Shown: in pieces, positions 20,545 through 29,477 of the stretch | Position numbering within the stretch: position 1 is the first letter of the stretch | Layout of the letters: each line of letters starts with the position of its first letter | Source: Faecousia sp. | GTDB lineage: Bacteria; Bacillota; Clostridia; Oscillospirales; Oscillospiraceae | Assembly: GCA_045649605.1 (NCBI GenBank) | Contig: JAZRQF010000074.1 | Coordinates: 1,200-65,199 of the forward strand | Direction of reading: 5' to 3' | Length of the DNA: 64,000 bases | The notes under the pieces: model-generated | Database searches by the model: none | What the model was told of the DNA's origin: nothing | Seen by the model: only the letters and a program-made list of their open reading frames with translations | Position numbers and translations under genes: made by a program

Positions 20545-21972
20545 ATGGAACTGGATAAGGATTTGCAAGCCCGGCAGGAGGCGCGGCAGTTTGCCCGGCA
20601 GGCAGGCATCGCCCAACAGCAGTTGGCTTGCATGGAGCAAACACAACTGGACAAGATCGTTGAAGCGGTTTCCAAAGCCTTTTATAATTCCGCATTGGAA
20701 TTGGCAGAACTGGCGGTGCGGGAGACCGGCTTTGGTAACGTAGAAGACAAGATCACCAAAAACCAGTTTGCTTCCCGAACTGTTTGGGAGGCGGTAAAGG
20801 ATATGAAAACCGTAGGCGTATTAAAGGATGCGCCCGGGGAGAAACTGTGGGAGGTAGGTGTACCGGTGGGCATGATCGCAGCTATCGTTCCCAGCACAAA
20901 CCCCACTTCCACGGTGTGTTACAAGGCAATGATTGCCTTGAAAGCAGGCTGCAGCATTGTGTTTTCTCCCCACCCCAAGGCGTTGGAGTGTACCCTGCGG
21001 GCGGCAAAGATTGTAGCCAAAGCGGCGCAGGAAGCCGGTGCGCCGGTCGGTAGCGTGGGTTGCTTGACCGTTCCCAGCTTAGACGGCTGCAAGGAGCTGA
21101 TGCAGGCACCGGAAACCAAGCTTATCTTGGCAACCGGCGGTCCTGCCATGGTGCGCTCGGCCTATTCTTCCGGCAAACCGGCCATTGGCGTAGGCGCAGG
21201 CAACGGCCCGGCGTATATCCACCACAGCGCAGATATTAAGCAGGCGCTTTCCTGCATTTTGCGGTCAAAGACTTTTGATTACGGTACGGTGTGCGCTTCG
21301 GAGCAGAGCATTATTGTAGAAAAGGCATTGGAGCAGCAGGTGCGGCAGACTGCATCGGAAATGGGTTTTTATTTTATGAACACCCAAGAGGCGGGTTGTT
21401 TGGCAAAGCTGCTGTTCAAGCCAAACGGAACGCTGAATCCCCAAATCGTAGGCAAGCCGGCAAAGCAGTTGGCGCAGATGGCAGGCTTTTCCGTGCCGGA
21501 CAGCACTCGGGTGCTGGTAGCACGAGAGCAGGAGGCAGGTCCTACCCGGCCTTACTCCATGGAAAAGCTGTGTCCGGTGCTGGCGTTTTTTGTAATGGAC
21601 AGCGAGGATGCGGTGCTTGATAAGGCGGTGGAGGTGCTGACCCATGAGGGTAGCGGACACACCTTTGCCATGCATTGTACCGATCCGGCGGTGGTGCGAA
21701 AGTTTGCGTTGAAGATCCCGGTATCCCGGTTTTTGGTAAACACACCGGCGGCGTTGGGTGGCATCGGCGCTACCACAAAACTGTTCCCGGCGCTGACATT
21801 GGGTTGTGGCGCAGTGGGTGGCAGTTCCACCTCCAACAATATTTCACCGCTGGATCTGATCAATATTCGCCGGGTAGCCTATGATATCGGTGTGAAAACA
21901 GAGCAAAAACCGGTTGTGGACGAAAGCTTGGTGGAAATACTAACAGCAAAAATTCTGGAAAGATTGCAATAA
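20545..21972 (+). CDS. eutE: Acetaldehyde dehydrogenase (CoA-acylating)
   Basis: PSTNPTST, ATGGPAMV, GVGAGNGP, CASEQ, EKLCP and LTLGCG motifs. Confidence 0.92.
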   Translation: MELDKDLQARQEARQFARQAGIAQQQLACMEQTQLDKIVEAVSKAFYNSALELAELAVRETGFGNVEDKITKNQFASRTVWEAVKDMKTVGVLKDAPGEKLWEVGVPVGMIAAIVPSTNPTSTVCYKAMIALKAGCSIVFSPHPKALECTLRAAKIVAKAAQEAGAPVGSVGCLTVPSLDGCKELMQAPETKLILATGGPAMVRSAYSSGKPAIGVGAGNGPAYIHHSADIKQALSCILRSKTFDYGTVCASEQSIIVEKALEQQVRQTASEMGFYFMNTQEAGCLAKLLFKPNGTLNPQIVGKPAKQLAQMAGFSVPDSTRVLVAREQEAGPTRPYSMEKLCPVLAFFVMDSEDAVLDKAVEVLTHEGSGHTFAMHCTDPAVVRKFALKIPVSRFLVNTPAALGGIGATTKLFPALTLGCGAVGGSSTSNNISPLDLINIRRVAYDIGVKTEQKPVVDESLVEILTAKILERLQ

Positions 21973-21993
21973 GTTTTGAGAGGAGTCATTATT

Positions 21994-22302
21994 ATGGATA
22001 CAAATTCTTTGGGTATGATCGAGACAAAGGGCTTAATTGGCGCAATTGAGGCAGCAGATGCCATGGTCAAGTCTGCCAATGTGCAGCTGGTGGGCAAAGA
22101 GCAGGTAGGCGGCGGTCTGGTTACCGTTATGGTTCGTGGCGACGTGGGCGCAGTCAAAGCGGCTACCGATGCCGGCGCTGCGGCTGCAGAAAAGGTGGGC
22201 GAGCTGATCTCCGTTCATGTGATTGCCCGTCCCCACACGGAAGTTGATAATATTTTGCCCAAGGGTCGCCTGAATCAGGGTGGCGCTCAGAGCGGTAAGT
22301 AA
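21994..22302 (+). CDS. eutM: BMC hexamer shell protein
   Basis: LGMIETKGL...[11 protein letters not shown]...[10 protein letters not shown]...VHVIARPH. Confidence 0.95.
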   Translation: MDTNSLGMIETKGLIGAIEAADAMVKSANVQLVGKEQVGGGLVTVMVRGDVGAVKAATDAGAAAAEKVGELISVHVIARPHTEVDNILPKGRLNQGGAQSGK

Positions 22303-22985
22303 TGCTGTTTTCGTTACAGGCGGCAAAGGACAATATCCGCAACCGGGAGGGGAAACGGGTATTTTATCTGGGGAAAGGCGACCAGCTCAGCATTGATGCC
22401 CGGGACTATCTGAACCGGGAGCGCATTGAAATTCTGCCTGCGGAGCAAGCCAAGCCTCAGCGGTATCGACTGCTGTCCGGGGGATATTTAGAGGAAAAAC
22501 CGGAGCATATGACCCATCTGTACGGGGATGTGCTGGTAAGTAAGACCCATCCCCGGATCGCCTTCCGGGGTGCGATCGACACCCTGGAGGCGGAGCTTTT
22601 GTTATGTGCATCGGCGCTGCCGGCATATCGGTCGCAGTTGGAGGAAATTCTAACTTTTGCACGCAAGCTTTTACGTGCGGAGGTGCTTGGGGAGCCGTTC
22701 GATTTGCAGGTGTTAGGCGGAATGACCCCGAAAGAACTGCGGGAACGCTCTCATCGCCCCCAAGACTTTTACGGACAGCCCCATTTTATGCCGTCGGTAT
22801 CGGATTCTGAGGCGGTGTTGCGGCTTAACCATGTACGCACCGTTGCCCGGGCAGCGGAGCTAAAAGCGGTGGCTGCCTTTGTCCGTGAGGATGGGAATAT
22901 GGAACGGGAAGATATTTTGCAGGGACTGAACCGTATGAGCAGTATGCTGTATATATTGATGATTCAAGCCAAAAAGGGCATATAA
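22302..22985 (+). CDS. eutT: Cobalamin adenosyltransferase (EutT-type)
   Basis: EKPEHMTHL, KTHPRIAFRGAIDTLEA, RERSHRP and LNRMSS motifs. Confidence 0.88.
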   Translation: MLFSLQAAKDNIRNREGKRVFYLGKGDQLSIDARDYLNRERIEILPAEQAKPQRYRLLSGGYLEEKPEHMTHLYGDVLVSKTHPRIAFRGAIDTLEAELLLCASALPAYRSQLEEILTFARKLLRAEVLGEPFDLQVLGGMTPKELRERSHRPQDFYGQPHFMPSVSDSEAVLRLNHVRTVARAAELKAVAAFVREDGNMEREDILQGLNRMSSMLYILMIQAKKGI

Positions 22986-22997
22986 AGAGGTGGAGCA

Positions 22998-23597
22998 ATG
23001 GAACTGGAAGCGGTAGTCAACCGTGTTTTGGGAAATATTTTTGTGGAATTGGAAGCTTCCGGACGACATGTACACGTAACTAGCCAGCAGGCGCAGATTT
23101 TATTTGGACACGGACTGACCCCAAAACGGCCGCTGTCCCAGCCGGGGCAGTACCTTGCCAATGAACGTGTTACAGTGGTCGGACCGAAAGGTCGTTTTGA
23201 AAATGTGGCGGTATTGGGGCCGGAACGGGGAGAGGCGCAAGTGGAGATATCCCTGACCGATGGGCGTAACTTAGGTATCGCACCTCCCATTCGTCCCTCG
23301 GGAAATACAGAGAACAGTCCCGGCGCTACCTTAGTCGGGCCAATGGGTTCTGTGGCGTTGGAGCGGGGTGTCATTGCGGCTCAGCGGCATATTCACATGA
23401 CCCCGGAAGATGCTGCCCGATTTGGGGTGAAGGACAAGCAGATTGTCCGTTTGCAGACCTATACCCAAAGGCCGGTGATTTTTGATGATACAGTGGTTCG
23501 GGTCAGTAAGAATTTTGCTACCTATGTGCATTTGGACTATGACGAAGCCAATGCCTGCGGATTTCAGCCGGGAGATCTGGGGAGGATACTGAAATGA
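22998..23597 (+). CDS. pduL: BMC phosphotransacylase (PduL family)
   Basis: SGRHVHV, LSQPGQY, QVEISLTD, RHIHMTP and HLDYDEANA motifs. Confidence 0.93.
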   Translation: MELEAVVNRVLGNIFVELEASGRHVHVTSQQAQILFGHGLTPKRPLSQPGQYLANERVTVVGPKGRFENVAVLGPERGEAQVEISLTDGRNLGIAPPIRPSGNTENSPGATLVGPMGSVALERGVIAAQRHIHMTPEDAARFGVKDKQIVRLQTYTQRPVIFDDTVVRVSKNFATYVHLDYDEANACGFQPGDLGRILK

Positions 23598-23995
23598 CAG
23601 CGCTGTTGATTGGCGACACACCGGCCTGCGACTTAGGCTATGCCTACGTCCGGGAGGGAAACTATGACGCAGTGGTGATCGGTTCGCTGACCCTTTCCCA
23701 GCTTATGTGCTTTTCCTGCCAGCCGGTTTTGGAGGCGTTGGCTGTGGGAAAACCGGTGATTTTATACGAGCCGGGATTGCCGGAGGCAAAGCAAAACCGG
23801 GGTTTGTCGGCAGCGCTTGCTTCCCGACGTCGGGAACTAAAAAACTGGGGTGTTGTTTTCACCGATGGGGGACAGAAAAAACTGATTACAGCGCAAGCGG
23901 CTCGGGATTTGTTGACTGCCGGCAAACAACCGGCGCCCGGGGCAGTACTGACCCCTTTGGCAAAGGAGATTTTGTATGAAAATAGGAACGGTTAA
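23594..23995 (+). CDS. Ethanolamine utilization accessory protein (PduM/flavoprotein-like, function unknown)
   Basis: Lies between pduL and eutN; C-terminal KKLITAQ...AVLTPLAKE motif typical of BMC accessory proteins. Confidence 0.6.
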   Translation: MTALLIGDTPACDLGYAYVREGNYDAVVIGSLTLSQLMCFSCQPVLEALAVGKPVILYEPGLPEAKQNRGLSAALASRRRELKNWGVVFTDGGQKKLITAQAARDLLTAGKQPAPGAVLTPLAKEILYENRNG

Positions 23996-24209
23996 AGGCT
24001 CTATCTGGGCCACAAGAAAAGCACCGTGTCTGCAAGGGCAGATTTTTTTAGTGGTGGACACCCTGGGCGGCACGTTGGTGGCAGCGGATCATGTGGGCGC
24101 AGGTGTTGGCGACCGGGTACTGCTGGTTACCGGTACAGCGGCTACGAAATTTTCTATGGAAGCGCCGGTGGATGCAGCGATCGTTGCGATTATCGATCCG
24201 GAGAAGTAA
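23976..24209 (+). CDS. eutN: BMC pentamer vertex protein (EutN/CcmL)
   Basis: GTVKGSIWATRK, VAADHVGAGVGDRVL and PVDAAIVAIID motifs. Confidence 0.92.
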   Translation: MKIGTVKGSIWATRKAPCLQGQIFLVVDTLGGTLVAADHVGAGVGDRVLLVTGTAATKFSMEAPVDAAIVAIIDPEK

Positions 24210-24218
24210 GAACGGAGG

Positions 24219-25304
24219 ATGTCTATGTCTGTCCATGAAATACTGATTACAGTAATGGCTATCTTTGCGGTGCTGGGCGCATTGGATCGTATTTTCGGCA
24301 ATAAACTGGGACTTGGCAAGGAGTTTGAGGACGGCATTTTGGCAATGGGGTCACTGGCACTGGCGATGGTGGGAATTATTGCACTTGCACCGGTGCTGGC
24401 AAATTTGCTTCGTCCGGTGGTGGTGCCGGTATATACGTTTCTGGGAGCAGACCCTGCCATGTTTGCCGGTACCATTTTAGCCTGCGACATGGGCGGCGCT
24501 AACTTGGCACAAGAACTGACTGCCGACCCTCAAGCTGCGCTTTTGGGTGGTATCTTAGGCGGTTCTATGTTGGGCGCGACCATTGTGTTTACGATCCCGG
24601 TGGCCATGGGTATCTTATCAGAAGCAGACAGACCCTTTCTGGCAAAGGGTATTTTGGCAGTTATCGTAACCATTCCCGTTGGCATTTTGGCAGGCGGTTT
24701 GGTGGCAGGCTTCCCGATTTTGATGGTGCTGCGGAATTTGATACCCATTGTGCTGATTGCCATTTTGATCGCACTGGGACTTTGGAAAGCGGAAAAAGCT
24801 ATGATCAAAGGCTTTGGCGTTTTTGGAAAAGCGGTGGTGGCGGTGATCACCGTAGGTCTTGGTGCAGCCATTGTGCAGGCGCTAACCGGGTTTGTGCTGA
24901 TTCCGGGCATGGCGCCGATAGAGGAAGGGTTTTTGACGGTAGGGGAGATCGCCATTGTTTTGGCAGGCGCATTTCCCTTGGTGTATGTGATTACCAAACT
25001 GCTGCGCAGACCCCTGATGAAGCTGGGCGGCCGGTTGGGTGTGAATGACACGGCAGCCGCCGGATTGATCGCCAGCTTGGCAAACTCCATCGCCACCTTT
25101 GGTATGGTCAAGGATATGGACAATCGGGGCAAGGTTGTCAATATTGCCTTTGCGGTTTCGGCTGCCTTTGTCTTTGGCGATCACATGGGTTTTACTGCCG
25201 GGTTTGCCCCGGAAATGTTGCCTGCCATGATCGTGGGAAAGCTGGCAGGCGGCATCAGCGCAGTTGCCGTTGCGCTGTGGCTGACGCAAAAAGATAAGAG
25301 TTGA
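24219..25304 (+). CDS. eutH: Ethanolamine permease (Firmicute EutH type)
   Basis: GNKLGLGKEFEDG, LACDMGG, GATIVFTIPV and FVFGDHMGF motifs. Confidence 0.9.
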   Translation: MSMSVHEILITVMAIFAVLGALDRIFGNKLGLGKEFEDGILAMGSLALAMVGIIALAPVLANLLRPVVVPVYTFLGADPAMFAGTILACDMGGANLAQELTADPQAALLGGILGGSMLGATIVFTIPVAMGILSEADRPFLAKGILAVIVTIPVGILAGGLVAGFPILMVLRNLIPIVLIAILIALGLWKAEKAMIKGFGVFGKAVVAVITVGLGAAIVQALTGFVLIPGMAPIEEGFLTVGEIAIVLAGAFPLVYVITKLLRRPLMKLGGRLGVNDTAAAGLIASLANSIATFGMVKDMDNRGKVVNIAFAVSAAFVFGDHMGFTAGFAPEMLPAMIVGKLAGGISAVAVALWLTQKDKS

Positions 25305-25330
25305 CAAAAGACCTGCCTTTGGGCTATAAT
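25301..25330 (+). promoter_or_regulatory. Sigma-A promoter of the metG leader, overlapping the eutH stop codon
   Basis: TTGACA-N18-TATAAT. Confidence 0.8.
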
Positions 25331-25344
25331 GCCAGTAATATTGA

Positions 25345-25572
25345 AAGGCTGCGAAAAGAAGAGTATGCCGCCATAACCGGCCAGAGAACCCCGGTAGCTG
25401 AGAAGGGGAACGGTGAAATCGGCAGAACATGGTCTTGGAGCTGAGCTGTCGAAATGTAGGCAGCTACGGGTACGCCCGTTAACGCGTTTTGAGGCACATT
25501 TTTGTGTAAATCAAGGTGGTACCGCGGTAAATTCTATCGCCCTTGCTATGCTGCAAGGGCGATTTTCTTTTT
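25345..25572 (+). ncRNA. T-box riboswitch, Met (AUG) specifier
   Basis: Stem I AGAGA and GCTGAGA motifs; GAAC-ATG-G specifier loop; T-box AAGGTGGTACCGCG (25513-25526); terminator ATCGCCCTTGC...GCAAGGGCGAT-TTTCTTTTT. Confidence 0.93.
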
Positions 25573-25584
25573 AGGAGGTAAATT

Positions 25585-27531
25585 ATGAGCAAAGGTAATT
25601 TTTACATTACAACACCTATCTACTATCCCTCTGCCAAGCTGCACATCGGTCATACCTACTGCACAGTAGCAACCGACGCTATGGCACGCTACAAGCGCAT
25701 GACCGGCTACAACGTCAAGTTCCTTACCGGTACTGACGAGCATGGTCAGAAGATCGAGGATAAGGCGAAGGAAGCAGGTGTCACACCCCAGAAGTTTGAT
25801 GATGACATCGTGCTGGGCGAGGGCGGCGTTCTGGATCTGTGGCTGCTGATGAACATTAGCCACGATCGCTTCATCCGTACTACCGATGACTACCATGTTG
25901 CCGCTATTCAGAAGATCTTCAAGAAGATGTACGAGAACGGCGATATCTACAAGGGTAAGTACACCGGTAAGTACTGCAAGCCTTGCGAGTCCTTCTGGAC
26001 CGACAGCCAGTTGGTAGAGGGGAAATGCCCCGACTGCGGCAGAGAGTGCGACTATGCTGAGGAGGAGGCATACTTCTTCCGTCTGAGCAAGTACGCTGAC
26101 CGGATTCAGGACCTGTTGGAGAATACCGATTTCCTGGAGCCTCGCAGCCGTGTGCATGAGATGGTCAACAACTTCATCAAGCCCGGTCTGGAGGATCTGT
26201 GTGTCTCCCGTACCAGCTTCACATGGGGCGTGCCGGTAGACTTTGATCCCGGTCACGTGGTCTATGTTTGGATCGATGCGCTGTTTAACTACATGACTGC
26301 GCTGGGCTTTGAAAATGACAAGTATGACGATGTAAATGCGTTCTGGCCTGCTGACGTACACTACGTTGGTAAGGAAATCGTCCGTTTCCACTCCATTATT
26401 TGGCCCGCAATGCTCATGAGCTTGGATTTGCCGCTGCCTAAGAAGGTTTACGGTCACGGCTGGCTGCTGCTGGACGGCGGTAAGATGAGTAAGTCCAAGG
26501 GTAACGTGGTAGACCCCTACATTCTGGCAGAGCGCTTCGGCGTAGATGCCCTGCGTTTCTTCCTGCTGCGTTCCTTCCCCTTCGGCTCTGATGGCAACTT
26601 CTCCAATGAACTGTTGATCTCCACCATCAATACCGACCTGGCCAATGACCTGGGCAACCTGGTCTCCCGTACGGTTGCTATGGCGCAGAAGTACTTTGGT
26701 GAAAAGCTGCCTGCTGAGCAGCTTGCCAACGAGGAAATGGATGCAGAAATGCTGGCAATGGTATCTGGCCTGCGCGCTAAGTACGAGGAGCAGATGGAGC
26801 ATCATGCCTTCCAAAATGCATTGGCAGAGATCTTTAAGGTTATCTCCCGTGCCAACAAGTATATCGACGAGAATGCGCCTTGGGTGCTGGCAAAGTCCGA
26901 AGAGCAGAAGCCTCGTCTGGCTAAGGTTCTGTACAACCTGCTGGAGACTGTGCGTGTCTGCGCTGGCCTGCTGACTCCCTTCATGCCTGCAACCGTAGAA
27001 GAGATCGGCAAGCGTTTGGGCGGTGCTGACCTGAGCTGGGATAGCTTGGCAACCTTCGGTGTTCTGCCTGCTGATGTAGCAGCAGTCAACGGTCCTGCCC
27101 TGTTCCCCAGAATTGATATGGAAAAGGAGCTGGCTGCATTGGAAGAATTGAGCAAGCCTAAGTCTGATATTGAGATCGAGCCTTATGCTGAGGAAAATGT
27201 AGACTTCGATACCTTCTGCAAGTCCGACTTCCGTGCTGTTAAGGTCAAGGCATGTGAGAATGTGAAAAAGAGCGATAAGCTGCTGTGCTTCACTTTGGAT
27301 GACGGCACCGGCAAGGACCGTCAGATCCTATCCGGCATCGCTAAGTACTACAAGCCTGAAGAGCTGGTAGGCAAGACCTTGGTAGCGATCACCAACCTGC
27401 CGCCCAGAAAGATGATGGGCAAAGAGTCCTGCGGCATGCTGATCTCCGCCGTTCACACCGAAAAGGGCGAGGAAAAGCTGAATCTGCTGATGGTGGACGA
27501 TGCCATTCCTGCCGGCGCAAAGCTGTGCTGA
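25585..27531 (+). CDS. metG: Methionine--tRNA ligase
   Basis: TTPIYY, HIGH and KMSKS motifs; C-terminal tRNA-binding OB domain. Confidence 0.98.
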   Translation: MSKGNFYITTPIYYPSAKLHIGHTYCTVATDAMARYKRMTGYNVKFLTGTDEHGQKIEDKAKEAGVTPQKFDDDIVLGEGGVLDLWLLMNISHDRFIRTTDDYHVAAIQKIFKKMYENGDIYKGKYTGKYCKPCESFWTDSQLVEGKCPDCGRECDYAEEEAYFFRLSKYADRIQDLLENTDFLEPRSRVHEMVNNFIKPGLEDLCVSRTSFTWGVPVDFDPGHVVYVWIDALFNYMTALGFENDKYDDVNAFWPADVHYVGKEIVRFHSIIWPAMLMSLDLPLPKKVYGHGWLLLDGGKMSKSKGNVVDPYILAERFGVDALRFFLLRSFPFGSDGNFSNELLISTINTDLANDLGNLVSRTVAMAQKYFGEKLPAEQLANEEMDAEMLAMVSGLRAKYEEQMEHHAFQNALAEIFKVISRANKYIDENAPWVLAKSEEQKPRLAKVLYNLLETVRVCAGLLTPFMPATVEEIGKRLGGADLSWDSLATFGVLPADVAAVNGPALFPRIDMEKELAALEELSKPKSDIEIEPYAEENVDFDTFCKSDFRAVKVKACENVKKSDKLLCFTLDDGTGKDRQILSGIAKYYKPEELVGKTLVAITNLPPRKMMGKESCGMLISAVHTEKGEEKLNLLMVDDAIPAGAKLC

Positions 27532-27543
27532 TATAAATAATTT

Positions 27544-27580
27544 AACCCCCGACTTGAAACCAAGGCGGGGGTGTTTTTTG
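27544..27580. terminator. Terminator between metG and the ABC genes
   Basis: ACCCCCGACTTG-aaac-CAAGGCGGGGGT followed by a T tract. Confidence 0.7.
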
Positions 27581-27581
27581 T

Positions 27582-29477
27582 TTATTCCAGTTCGAAAGCG
27601 CCGGTGTAGAGCTGGTAGTAAGTGCCTTTTTGGGTGATCAGATCGTCGTGGGTGCCACGCTCGATGATCCGTCCGTGGTCAAGCACCATAATGCAGTCGG
27701 AGTTGCGGACTGTGCTCAAGCGATGGGCAATAACAAAGGTCGTTCTGCCATGCATCAGCGCATCCATACCCTTTTGCACCAGAGCCTCGGTACGGGTGTC
27801 AATGGAGGAGGTAGCCTCGTCCAAAATCATAACCGGGGGATCGGCAACCGCTGCCCGGGCAATGGCGATGAGCTGCCGCTGACCCTGACTTAGCCGTGCG
27901 CCGTTGCCGGTGAGCATAGTGTTGTAGCCTTCCGGCAGACGTGTGATAAAGTCGTGGGCATTGGCTAGTTTGGCTGCCTGGATGCATTCCTCGTCGGTAG
28001 CGTCCAGTTTGCCGTAGCGGATGTTTTCCATCACAGTGCCGGTGAACAGGTTGGTATCCTGTAAAACCATACCCAAAGACCGGCGCAGATCTGCTTTTTT
28101 GATTTTGTTGATATTGATGCCGTCGTAGCGGATCTTGCCGTCGGCAATGTCATAAAAACGGTTGATCAGATTGGTGATGGTGGTCTTGCCTGCGCCGGTA
28201 GCGCCAACGAAGGCAATCTTCTGGCCCGGGTGAGCATACAGCGTTACATCATGGAGCACCGTCTTTTCCGGCACATAGCCGAAGTCCACCGTGTCCATAG
28301 TGATGTCGCCCTTCAGTTCGGTATAGGTCAAAGTGCCGTCCTGATGGGGATGCTTCCATGCCCAGCGGCCGGTACGCTCGGTACACTCAATGAGTTGACC
28401 GTTTTCGTCTTCCTTGGCATTGACCAGTGTGACATAGCCCTCGTCCACTTCCGGCTCCTCGTCCATCAGTTCGAAGATGCGCTCTGCACCTGCCAGTGCC
28501 ATAACAAGGGCATTGATCTGGTTGGACAACTGGCTGATGGGCATATTGAAGGTGCGGCTGAGCATCATAAATGTCATCAGCTTGCCGATGGTCAGCAGCT
28601 GACCGCCGGAAGATACCGCAATCAGACCACCTACGATGGCAAGCACCGCATATTGGATATAGCCCAGGTTGTTGTTCACAGGGCCCATCATATTGGTCAT
28701 GCGACCGGCGGTGTAGGCGTTGCGGCACAGCTCGTCGTTGAGTTTATCAAATTCTTCCTTACAGATCTGTTCGTGGGTAAAGACCTTGACAACCTTTTGA
28801 CCGTTGACCAGCTCTTCTACATAGCCGTTGACGGCGCCCAAAGAACGCTGCTGGCCAATGAAGAATTTCCGAGACCGGCTGACGATCTTTACGGTGATGA
28901 ACAGAATGCAGCTTATGGTCACCAGCATTACGCAGGTCAATATCCAGGAAGTCCGGAGCATGGCGGTGAACACCACAGTCAGGGTGATGATGGAAGAGAT
29001 GCACTGAGGCAGGGATTGGGAAATCATCTGTCGCAGGGTATCGATGTCGCTGGTGTAGCGGGACATAATGTTGCCTGCGGTATTTCTATCGAAGTAGCGC
29101 AGAGGCAGTTTTTGCATTTTGGTGAACATTTCATCACGGATTCGTTTTTGGGTGCCTTGGCCGGCAGTTACCATCAAAAACTGATGCAGGAAGGCTGCCA
29201 GCATACCCACACCGAAAATGCATGCCATGCCGATCAGATATTGGATTAGCGGACCGAAATCTTTGCTGCCGGATTCTACCATGGGCAGGATGTACTGATC
29301 CACCAGAGTACCAACATTTTCGCTACTCTTAGTCTGGACAAGAGCTGTAACGGCAATACAAACTAGCACCACCAGCAGCAGGGGGATGTACTTACGCATA
29401 TAGCTCAGCAGACGCATGAAGGTCTTGCCGGGGTTTTTTGCCTTGCGGCCGTCGCCGCGCATTTTGATAGGGGGCAT
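27582..29477 (-). CDS. ABC exporter subunit (TM288-like; consensus Walker B and H-switch)
   Basis: TMD+NBD; GATGAGKTT, LSQGQ, LDEATS and AHR motifs. Confidence 0.92.
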   Translation of the reverse strand: MPPIKMRGDGRKAKNPGKTFMRLLSYMRKYIPLLLVVLVCIAVTALVQTKSSENVGTLVDQYILPMVESGSKDFGPLIQYLIGMACIFGVGMLAAFLHQFLMVTAGQGTQKRIRDEMFTKMQKLPLRYFDRNTAGNIMSRYTSDIDTLRQMISQSLPQCISSIITLTVVFTAMLRTSWILTCVMLVTISCILFITVKIVSRSRKFFIGQQRSLGAVNGYVEELVNGQKVVKVFTHEQICKEEFDKLNDELCRNAYTAGRMTNMMGPVNNNLGYIQYAVLAIVGGLIAVSSGGQLLTIGKLMTFMMLSRTFNMPISQLSNQINALVMALAGAERIFELMDEEPEVDEGYVTLVNAKEDENGQLIECTERTGRWAWKHPHQDGTLTYTELKGDITMDTVDFGYVPEKTVLHDVTLYAHPGQKIAFVGATGAGKTTITNLINRFYDIADGKIRYDGININKIKKADLRRSLGMVLQDTNLFTGTVMENIRYGKLDATDEECIQAAKLANAHDFITRLPEGYNTMLTGNGARLSQGQRQLIAIARAAVADPPVMILDEATSSIDTRTEALVQKGMDALMHGRTTFVIAHRLSTVRNSDCIMVLDHGRIIERGTHDDLITQKGTYYQLYTGAFELE

